From Minisyncoccota bacterium (lineage in GTDB: Bacteria > Patescibacteriota > Minisyncoccia > Phycocordibacterales > UBA6899), in assembly GCA_035583355.1 (NCBI GenBank), contig DATEZQ010000012.1, positions 24,683 through 88,682 on the forward strand: a stretch of 64,000 nt of DNA, in the 5' to 3' direction. Every line of letters begins with the position of its first letter. The first letter of the stretch is position 1. This document shows, piece after piece, positions 10,280-18,285 of this stretch. The notes under the pieces are model-generated. The model was not told the DNA's origin. It did not search any database and saw only the letters and a program-made list of their open reading frames with translations. Both the position numbers and the translations under genes were made by a program.

Positions 10280-11212
10280 CTAGAGCGCACGGATAGAATC
10301 AAGCAAGCCAACCGACGGCTCCCAGCCGAACATCTTTTTCGCAAGAGCACTTTCGACGACAACTGACGCAAGAGCTCCTGGTGTAGATTCTTGCACAACT
10401 AAGGAGACTTTTGTATCAGTGACTTCTTCAACTGCCGCAATGACCTGCTTGAGCGTCGTCGCTTTCCCAGAGCCGACATTGAAAGTACCAGACGGGGCAC
10501 CAGGGAGTAACTGCATGAGCCTCAGCACATCACGAATATCCACGAAATCTCTGGCCATTGAACCATCACTCGTCGGGTGATGAATGCCAGAAAGCGTAAT
10601 TGGCTTACCCTTGCGAGCAGCATCAAGCGCGATATCAAGGAAAGTATTCACGCCAGAAGCAGAGGGGGCTGGCCCTACAAGATTTGCCAGTCGAAGTATT
10701 TGAAAATCCGAAATCCACTTCTTCTCAGCATACTCTTGTATGAAACGTTCGCCGAGCAGCTTAGTGAGCGCATACGTTGATGCTGGACCAACAGGACTTG
10801 ATTCATTGAGTTGTGCAACAGGAGTACATGAAGCATAGACCGCCCATGTCGAAGCGAAAACAATATGCTGCACGCCTGCGGCTTTCATCGCCGATAGGAC
10901 AGCACGTGTTCCGTCGATATTCACCGAGCAATACTCCAATGGTATCCGCTCACTCTCGCCAACATTCTTCAGGGATGCAAAATGAAAAACAGAGTCAACG
11001 CTGTTTTCAGTCATTATCTCTGCCAAGCGGCTTTCGTCCCGAATATCAGCGGTAGCATAAACAGCACCACTAGGAAGCCAGGCTGGAATCACCTTACGGC
11101 GCCCAAGCGCGATAACCCTGTCTCCTCGGGCGCAGCAAGCAACGGTGGCCGCAGAGCCGAGTGTGCCATCTGCGCCAGTAATGAGAATAACGCGTGTTTT
11201 GGTCATATTCAT
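10280..11212 (-). CDS. NAD-dependent epimerase/dehydratase (UDP-glucose 4-epimerase-like SDR)
   Basis: RVILITGADGTLGSA Rossmann motif, 310 aa. A shared bidirectional terminator at 10245-10275 serves it and the convergent upstream gene. Confidence 0.65.
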   Translation of the reverse strand: MNMTKTRVILITGADGTLGSAATVACCARGDRVIALGRRKVIPAWLPSGAVYATADIRDESRLAEIMTENSVDSVFHFASLKNVGESERIPLEYCSVNIDGTRAVLSAMKAAGVQHIVFASTWAVYASCTPVAQLNESSPVGPASTYALTKLLGERFIQEYAEKKWISDFQILRLANLVGPAPSASGVNTFLDIALDAARKGKPITLSGIHHPTSDGSMARDFVDIRDVLRLMQLLPGAPSGTFNVGSGKATTLKQVIAAVEEVTDTKVSLVVQESTPGALASVVVESALAKKMFGWEPSVGLLDSIRAL

Positions 11213-11299
11213 ATGATACTCCTAAGTATCTCAAATGAATATACTCCACAAACACAAGCGTTGCAAACGATAATTCTATCTGCTATAGTTCGAATACTT

Positions 11300-12250
11300 A
11301 TGATTACGGGAGAGCACATTTTCATTACTGGTGGAGCTGGATTTCTTGGGAAAAATCTCGTCCGACGCTACTACAAGGATAATGAAATTACCATCTACAG
11401 TAGAGATGAGGCAAAGCATTATTTCCTGAAGAAGGAGTTCCCAAAAATCCACTGTGTCATTGGCGACGTGAGAGATTTTGAACGTCTCAATAATGCGGCC
11501 AGGGGGTGCACGATAGGAATTTTCACCGCATCACTTAAGCAGGTGGAAGCAGTGGACGAGAATCCCGAAGTTGCAATTGAGACGATTATTCAAGGAGGAA
11601 TCAACTCTCGAAAGGTTGCAATCGCAAACAACTTCAAAGCAGCAACATTCATCTCGACAGACAAGAGTCGTGCAGCAACGACCCTCTACGGAGCGATGAA
11701 ATTCGTTGGTGGAGAACTTTTCATTCTCAATGCTGAAAGAGAAAAGCCACTACTCTCGGCGGTCATCTATGGCAACGTATTTAATTCTACAGGCTCCATC
11801 ATCCCACTCATCTGGGATGCTATCGCAAAAAATTACGAGCTTGCGCTCTACGGAGAAGAAATGACACGTTTCATGATCGAGATTGAGGCTGCAATCGATT
11901 GTGTTGAAGTCGCACTCAAGGATACAGGCGCAAGTATTGTCCCCGCCCTCCACTCTATGCGCATAAAAGACCTCTTTGAGATCTATGCTGAGCGCTTTGG
12001 CCTTCGCTACCACGTCGGAGTACCACGTATCTCAGAAAAGCTCCACGAACAAATGATTGCGCATGCAGAAGCACCGCGAACAAGCTTCAATCCAAGTACA
12101 AATATGTACAGGATTCACTACAAGGAGATATCCGGAACCGTGACACTTCCCATTGAGGGATACAGCTCAGAGCACCACCTCCTCACAAAGCAGGAACTGG
12201 ATGCCTTGCTCAAAAAACACGACTATTACAAAGGGAGTCCGTTCATGTAA
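11300..12250 (+). CDS. PseB/CapD-like UDP-sugar 4,6-dehydratase (polysaccharide biosynthesis protein)
   Basis: In-frame ATG at 11300 gives MITGEHIFITGGAGFLGKNLVRRYYKDNEITIYSRDEAKH, typical of PseB/FlaA1/CapD. The ORF-track N-terminus (10982-) overlaps the convergent gene and is rejected. Confidence 0.6.
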   Translation: MITGEHIFITGGAGFLGKNLVRRYYKDNEITIYSRDEAKHYFLKKEFPKIHCVIGDVRDFERLNNAARGCTIGIFTASLKQVEAVDENPEVAIETIIQGGINSRKVAIANNFKAATFISTDKSRAATTLYGAMKFVGGELFILNAEREKPLLSAVIYGNVFNSTGSIIPLIWDAIAKNYELALYGEEMTRFMIEIEAAIDCVEVALKDTGASIVPALHSMRIKDLFEIYAERFGLRYHVGVPRISEKLHEQMIAHAEAPRTSFNPSTNMYRIHYKEISGTVTLPIEGYSSEHHLLTKQELDALLKKHDYYKGSPFM

Positions 12251-12260
12251 CGTTTCTAAT

Positions 12261-12328
12261 AAAAAACGAACATACCTGTTCGTTTTTTTATTTAGTGGAA
12301 ATAAAAACGCCCACACCATGTGGGCGTT
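12261..12328. terminator. two adjacent intrinsic terminators between convergent genes
   Basis: aaaaaacgaacatacctgttcgttttttt and aaaaacgcccacaccatgtgggcgtt. Confidence 0.55.
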
Positions 12329-12347
12329 AACTGAACAAGATCTGAAC

Positions 12348-13202
12348 CTAGAGGTTCGCGAGACTTTCAGTGATGTAATCCCGAATAGAGCGCTCAGCTT
12401 TCCATCCGAACTCACCACGTGCACGCGCCACCTCTACTGATGCACCCATACGGTTACCAGGACGTGGAGGGAGCATCTCGATCGGGCGATTGAACATCTG
12501 CGCGATTTCGAGCACAGTAAAGGCCTCATCGGAACCGAGGCCATAATCATCCCCCTCTCCCTGCTCACCGACACACACGAGTCCACGCACGATGTCTGCA
12601 ACGTGTGTAAAATTTCTCTGCTGCGTGCCTGGGGCGACTACGGGAAGAGGCTTCCCTTCACGCGCAAATGTAAGATACTTCGCGATCAATGTCGCATATT
12701 GCCCTTCAGCAATCTCTCGTGGGCCATAAGCGTTGTAAAAATACGTGATCGCATATCTCAGCCCGTACCAAGAGTGATAATTACGCACCAGTTCAGTGTT
12801 CGCTGCCTTTGTCCAAGCATACGGACTCTGATCACGACCGAGACCACCATCGCCAAACTTTGTACTGCTCCCCGCATAGACGATTTTTGCGCCATGCTTC
12901 CTGCAGAATTCCAGAACAGCGAAGGTACCTCTTACGTTATAGTGATGGACTAATTGTATATCAGCAAAACTTTGTTCCACGCGCGAATACTCACCAAGAT
13001 GGAACACCAACTCGGGCTTTTCGTCGATGAGTGTGGCGATATGCTCGGTGTCCCCGCGGACGTAACGGGCGCCAGAAAAATGATTTGCCTGCGTGCCCGT
13101 GAAGTAATTGTCCAAAACGGTCACCTCATGCCCACGCGCAAGCATTGCCTCGACAAGATGTGAGCCGATAAAACCGGCGCCACCAGTAATGAGTACTTTC
13201 AT
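12348..13202 (-). CDS. NAD-dependent epimerase/dehydratase (SDR)
   Basis: MKVLITGGAGFIGSHLVEAML motif; 284 aa. Confidence 0.65.
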   Translation of the reverse strand: MKVLITGGAGFIGSHLVEAMLARGHEVTVLDNYFTGTQANHFSGARYVRGDTEHIATLIDEKPELVFHLGEYSRVEQSFADIQLVHHYNVRGTFAVLEFCRKHGAKIVYAGSSTKFGDGGLGRDQSPYAWTKAANTELVRNYHSWYGLRYAITYFYNAYGPREIAEGQYATLIAKYLTFAREGKPLPVVAPGTQQRNFTHVADIVRGLVCVGEQGEGDDYGLGSDEAFTVLEIAQMFNRPIEMLPPRPGNRMGASVEVARARGEFGWKAERSIRDYITESLANL

Positions 13203-13294
13203 GTGTTCTCCTTATAAAGATTATCTACCCCAATAACTACCGCATATAGAGAAAAGTTGCAAGACACTTAGCAAAATGCGAACAGACACATACC

Positions 13295-14197
13295 TCAAGA
13301 ACCCTCAGGGAATTGGACCCCATAGACCTCACCAAGCAGATCGAGGTCCTTCTTACTCTCTCTAAGGTACTGACAATTGCGAGCTTCCATTGCACGCAGT
13401 ATTGCTAAGGTTTTATCGTCATTTGGCAACGACCGCTCAAACATTTCCCGTAGTGCCGCAAAATCTTTAATAAAGCAATGACCACCTGCACCCCTACCCT
13501 GCGCTGCACCTGGATGACCACTCGTATCCATGATACGCAAATGTGACGGACCAATGCGTGGATCAGTACCGATTCCTTTCATAATATTTTCCCAACCAAC
13601 ACCATTCGCCGCAGCAAGATCAGCAATGAGATTTGCATAAAGCACTTTTGTAAAAAGAAAACAATTCGCAGCATACTTTATGAGCTCGGCTTCCTTTGCT
13701 GCACAGATCAGTGTAAAAGGAGAAGCAGGAAGTATCGAGAGTACCTGCTCAGCTTTTTGTCGATACTCGACAGTATCTTTTGGAATGCCAATGATATTCC
13801 TCGTTGGATGAGCAGCATCGTATGCAGCTGTCTTCTCAGCGAGAAATTCTGGTGAATGCATAATAAAGAGATCTGGGTATTCTTTCTGTATAGACTCTGT
13901 AGCACCCACCGCCAACGTCGACTTGATCACAACGATCGTTCCTGGGGCGACGAGTCCAACTGCATTGCGCACAATAGAGTCATCGAATCCATCCGGCGTT
14001 GTAGGCGTCGGGACTGCAATGAATATAATCTTACAATTTTTCAACTTAGCCTTATTCTGCACATACGGTTCCTCAAGCGCATAACGTACTACTGCTATTC
14101 CTCGATTTTCAAAATCATTTGAATAATTTTTTCCAATGAACCCTTGTCCTATAAAACCAACGAACTCAGCTCTTGAATCAACGATTTCAGTTGTCAT
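13295..14197 (-). CDS. UDP-glucose/GDP-mannose dehydrogenase family protein (short, 300 aa)
   Basis: Motifs FIAVPTP, EFLAEKTA and the catalytic-Cys motif GGHCFIKD (GGxCxxKD). It lacks the usual C-terminal UDP-binding domain. Confidence 0.5.
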   Translation of the reverse strand: MTTEIVDSRAEFVGFIGQGFIGKNYSNDFENRGIAVVRYALEEPYVQNKAKLKNCKIIFIAVPTPTTPDGFDDSIVRNAVGLVAPGTIVVIKSTLAVGATESIQKEYPDLFIMHSPEFLAEKTAAYDAAHPTRNIIGIPKDTVEYRQKAEQVLSILPASPFTLICAAKEAELIKYAANCFLFTKVLYANLIADLAAANGVGWENIMKGIGTDPRIGPSHLRIMDTSGHPGAAQGRGAGGHCFIKDFAALREMFERSLPNDDKTLAILRAMEARNCQYLRESKKDLDLLGEVYGVQFPEGS

Positions 14198-14269
14198 ATA
14201 TGTATCATAACATGATACTTCATTCTAAAGTCACGCATGAAACACAGCGCCGGAGCGATGTTTTTCAAC

Positions 14270-14941
14270 CTATTCTTGTAACCACTCGATCTCGCCTCTT
14301 CCTTTTTCCCTTAACCAAATATTTGCCTTGCTAAAATGTTTGGAGCCGAAGAAGCCACGATAGGAGGAAAGTGGTGAAGGGTGCGGGGCGGTCAAAATGA
14401 GATGCTTTATTGGGTCAATGTACTGCGCGTACTGCCCGGCGGGCTTTCCCCAGAGCATAAAGACAGCGGGGTTATTTTGGGCTGAAAGCTTTCTGATGAT
14501 TGTTAGGGTGAAGTCCTCCCAACCCTTCTTGGCATGGGAATTCGCTTTATCTTTCACAACTGATAGCACCGTATTGAGTAGCAGCACGCCTTGCCCTGCC
14601 CAGGGGGTCAAATCGCCCGTTTGTGGCGTTTTTAGGCTCAAATCGGAGCTTACCTCGGAAAGGATATTACGAAGCGAGGGAGGCTGTTTTACGCCCTTTT
14701 GGACCGAAAACGCAAGCCCATGAGCCTCACCCTCCCCATGGTATGGATCCTGCCCAAGAATAACTACTTTCACAGACTTTGGTGGACAGAGATTAAGTGC
14801 GGTAAACAACTGTTCGCGCGGAGGGTAAACTTCACCCTTCCTATATTCCCCATCCAAAAAATCACTCAAATCCATTTCGGTCTTCTTGAGTACTTCCTCT
14901 CCAAGAAATTCCTTCCACTCCTGACTGAGATAACTAAACAT
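14270..14941 (-). CDS. ung: uracil-DNA glycosylase (family 1)
   Basis: VVILGQDPYHGEGEAHGLAFSV motif (GQDPYH water-activating loop); 223 aa. Confidence 0.85.
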   Translation of the reverse strand: MFSYLSQEWKEFLGEEVLKKTEMDLSDFLDGEYRKGEVYPPREQLFTALNLCPPKSVKVVILGQDPYHGEGEAHGLAFSVQKGVKQPPSLRNILSEVSSDLSLKTPQTGDLTPWAGQGVLLLNTVLSVVKDKANSHAKKGWEDFTLTIIRKLSAQNNPAVFMLWGKPAGQYAQYIDPIKHLILTAPHPSPLSSYRGFFGSKHFSKANIWLREKGRGEIEWLQE

Positions 14942-15140
14942 CCCTTCATCCTAACAGATAATAAAAGTGCAACAAGTTCGCATTTTGTATTTCATACCTC
15001 GCGTGTCTAGAAATGTAAAAACCGCAGATTTGAGATGTAATTGTGCTGGCTGGAGCAGTGCCGACCGTCGGAGCCGTAGGTGTTCTACGGTGACGAGGCG
15101 GCACTGGGAAGCCAGTGCAAGTACGCTCAAATATGCGGTT

Positions 15141-16604
15141 TTAAGTTATGTCTTCCAAGTTGGAGTCCAACTCTATAAACGTATATTTCTCTGCTTCCGC
15201 ATCTACTTCCCTATTCGGATTAAATCCTTTCGAGAGTGCAATAATGAGTCCCGCAGCGCCGACAAAGAATGCGGCGAGGACCCAATATCCCCACACAGGA
15301 AAACGAAAGCCTTTTGTTACACTCGACATACTCCAGTCACCGAGTGAGGTTGCTGTCGTTGTCGCTGCCTTCCCCAAGACAGGTGGTTGCAGCGCAGAGC
15401 GTGCAAGCGCAAGCTGTGCTGAAGGATAACTATCAACAACAAGCTCCGCTTCGTCATCACTTCCTACAGCAGACATCAGTCTTCCATCAGCACGGAAGAG
15501 TGCGAGCGTCTGCTGCACATACATACCAGTGATGGCATTTGGAAATGTTGCCGCAACCTTCCCAAAGAGTTGTGTCTGCGGAGGAAAAGCAAATGACACA
15601 TTTCCATCACGAAGTGTCCAGCCGGAGATATCTATATCAACAGGAGAAATAATGGACACGTATCCATCAATCCCGGGAAGTGCGGTCACAATATGCACAT
15701 CTTGTGCAATCACTTGCGCTCGCGCGCGTACTTGTGTGCTCAGTCCCTTATATGCCGCAGTGACGATCACAGGATAGGTCCCTGGAAAACGATACGTATG
15801 TGTCACCGCAGTGCCTGTCGCAACCGCGCCGTCACCAAAGTTCCAAGTCACTACCGCATCAGGAAGCATTTCATCATGGAGACCACTTACACTTGCACGT
15901 AAAGCGGTTGGGATGTCTTTGTATATGCGCTCGTTTGAATGCACGACAATACGATAACTTTCACGAGTGACGGTAGTTTTATTTGTAGCAGAGGCACTGC
16001 CCGAAGAAGTACCTGAAACAGTGATGTCCTGCACATTATCTGGAGTATTCGTTGCACTCGATTCAATGACTGGAGTCGTATTATCACCACTTGTATTGTC
16101 CGAAACAGAAGAAGGAGTTGGTGCACCAGGTGTCCCCGCTGCGGTCACCCAGCCTGAGGTGCTGCGCTGCGCAGTTTCCTTCGAAGAGACACTGCCTCCA
16201 ATATTTTTCCAACTTACTCCCCCGATTACCTCATCCACGACTGCACCACTCGCATCGAGCAGATTGAGGGTCATGCCATCATTACTGAGGCCTGTCGAAA
16301 AAGAGGCAATAAGATCAGCAGGAATTTCTGGGATGACATTATCATTCGAACGTTCGATGAGATAGTAGCCGTCAGCCGCAATGGAACCAGTGAGCGCAAT
16401 AGAAATTTTTGCAGGCACGGAAACAATCTTCCAACCTGAAAGAGTAACATCAGAATTACCAGTATTGTGTAATTCAATCCATTCATTTGAAGAACCTGCA
16501 GAGGTTCCCATCCATGCGATCTCATTTATTTCGACAGCTGCAAAACAAACGCTTGGCAGCAAAAAGAGAACGCTCATCGCCAACATTCGATGTAACATAC
16601 ACAA
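15141..16604 (-). CDS. secreted lamin-tail-domain (LTD) protein with C-terminal TM anchor
   Basis: Signal peptide MLAMSVLFLLPSVCFA; the LTD signature is INEIAWMG...EWIELHN. It has Thr/Ser-rich linkers and a C-terminal hydrophobic helix. Confidence 0.45.
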   Translation of the reverse strand: MCMLHRMLAMSVLFLLPSVCFAAVEINEIAWMGTSAGSSNEWIELHNTGNSDVTLSGWKIVSVPAKISIALTGSIAADGYYLIERSNDNVIPEIPADLIASFSTGLSNDGMTLNLLDASGAVVDEVIGGVSWKNIGGSVSSKETAQRSTSGWVTAAGTPGAPTPSSVSDNTSGDNTTPVIESSATNTPDNVQDITVSGTSSGSASATNKTTVTRESYRIVVHSNERIYKDIPTALRASVSGLHDEMLPDAVVTWNFGDGAVATGTAVTHTYRFPGTYPVIVTAAYKGLSTQVRARAQVIAQDVHIVTALPGIDGYVSIISPVDIDISGWTLRDGNVSFAFPPQTQLFGKVAATFPNAITGMYVQQTLALFRADGRLMSAVGSDDEAELVVDSYPSAQLALARSALQPPVLGKAATTTATSLGDWSMSSVTKGFRFPVWGYWVLAAFFVGAAGLIIALSKGFNPNREVDAEAEKYTFIELDSNLEDIT

Positions 16605-16747
16605 ATTATAGCATGCGTGTAATTCATAGAAAATAGCAAACGGTCAAGAAAATCAATAATACTTTATTTTTTTGCAGTAGACCATAATATATTTTAAGTG
16701 GCAAGAATATTGCAAATAAAAAACCACGATTGCTCGTGGTTGTCTTG

Positions 16748-18163
16748 CTAACCCTCTATCTCTACGATAGGAGGAATTTTCACTTTTATGGGACGAAATT
16801 CGCACTTCGGCGATCCTCCTCCCGCGCACTCCTTATCAACGATTACCTTCTTCAAGCGCGAGTTCTGCAACTTGAGATCGGGAACCGTAAATAAAACACT
16901 TTGCAGCCTCGCCTCGAGTGCTCCGCGGAGCCCGCGTGCCCCCATCTTCTTCGAGACCGCTTCTTCAACAACACTTGCAAGCACTTCTTCAGTGATTTCG
17001 AGTTCAACCCCAGCAATACGGAAAAGTTTTTTGTACTGCTTCACGAGTGAACTCTGTGGCTCGATGAGTACACGTTCGAGGTCTTGTCTTGAAAGCGCAT
17101 CGAGTGTTTCAATAACCGGAAAACGGCCACAGAACTCCTCAATGAAACCGTATTTGACAAGGTCCTCAGGAAGTACCTTCTTGCACGATTCCTGCTCTTC
17201 TGTTTTCTTCACAGACGAACTCATGAAGCCGATCTCTTTTGACGATTTTGGCGCACGCTTGATTTTATTAAGACCAGGAAATGCACCACTTCCGATGAAA
17301 AGAATATTTCTCGTATCCATGACACGCTCGAGCTTCGCGCCACTCGGGAGTGGCACTTCAAACGGAACATCCGCTCCTTCGATGATCTTGAGGAATGTCT
17401 GCTGCGCACCGATGCCGCCGACATCAGCGCCGCTGGTTGTTTCCTTGGCGACGATCTTATCGATCTCGTCAACACAAATGATTCCTCGGCCTGCAAGTGC
17501 GAGGTCACCCTCGGCCTGATAGAACAGCTGCCGGAGCGCATCGTTGGAATTCGCCCCAACATATCCTGATGCGGTCACCATGGATGCATCGATGGTTGCA
17601 AACGGGACTTCGAGGTACCGCGCGATTGCCTGCACGAGCAGCGTCTTTCCGCAGCCCGTCGGACCAATGAGGAGGACGTTCGATTTCTCGATGTTCACCT
17701 CCGCTCCTTGAGCCTTTGGATGCTTCAGGTCTTCGCTCTTGGCACGAATGCGCATGTAATGCTGCCAGACGGCGATTGAAAGTGCCCTCTTGGCACGCTC
17801 TTGTCCAATCACAATCTTGTCGAGCATGGCTTGAATGCGACCCGGAGTCATCTTCACGCTTTTGGCGCGAATCTGATTCGCATCTTCCTGAACCGCTTCG
17901 TCATCGAACCACTCAGCAAGACCATAGACGCAGTCCGCGCAAATGAGCGCGAAGCCCGTTGATTGTGCAACCTTCTTCTCTGGGTCGTACAATCCGACGA
18001 GTGTCAGCGCATCAAGAATGTACTGCTTCGCTTCTCCCTGAAAATTCTCTGCGATACAGGGTCCGCGCATCATTGCCTCTGAATCACTGCCACAGAAATA
18101 ACAGCGGCCGAATTGCGGTGGCACCATATCGACAGGTTCGATCTCGGGTAGGCCATCGTGCAT
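16748..18163 (-). CDS. clpX: ATP-dependent Clp protease ATP-binding subunit ClpX
   Basis: N-terminal zinc-binding CYFCGS...CADC, Walker A LIGPTGCGKTLL, IGF-like loop. The start is likely the Met at 18163, because GGAGGA lies within the first four codons of the 18175 ORF. Confidence 0.88.
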   Translation of the reverse strand: MHDGLPEIEPVDMVPPQFGRCYFCGSDSEAMMRGPCIAENFQGEAKQYILDALTLVGLYDPEKKVAQSTGFALICADCVYGLAEWFDDEAVQEDANQIRAKSVKMTPGRIQAMLDKIVIGQERAKRALSIAVWQHYMRIRAKSEDLKHPKAQGAEVNIEKSNVLLIGPTGCGKTLLVQAIARYLEVPFATIDASMVTASGYVGANSNDALRQLFYQAEGDLALAGRGIICVDEIDKIVAKETTSGADVGGIGAQQTFLKIIEGADVPFEVPLPSGAKLERVMDTRNILFIGSGAFPGLNKIKRAPKSSKEIGFMSSSVKKTEEQESCKKVLPEDLVKYGFIEEFCGRFPVIETLDALSRQDLERVLIEPQSSLVKQYKKLFRIAGVELEITEEVLASVVEEAVSKKMGARGLRGALEARLQSVLFTVPDLKLQNSRLKKVIVDKECAGGGSPKCEFRPIKVKIPPIVEIEG

Positions 18164-18285
18164 GTTGTCCTCCAAAAAGTACGCTCTATGCTAAAACTAC
18201 AAGGTTATTGGAGAGCGTCAAGAAAATATGCAGTACACATCACTATTTCAATGGTTAAAAAAACAATAGTCTTGCGACTATTGTT

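Noticed and set aside
10982-11299. N-terminal extension of the PseB/CapD-like ORF.
   Set aside because: It overlaps the convergent epimerase gene and is Ser/Gly-rich and not protein-like. The conserved N-terminus IFITGGAGFLGKNL begins right after the ATG at 11300.
16788-17562. 243-aa + strand and 113-aa ORFs inside clpX.
   Set aside because: They are antisense or alternate-frame ORFs within a strongly conserved clpX reading frame.
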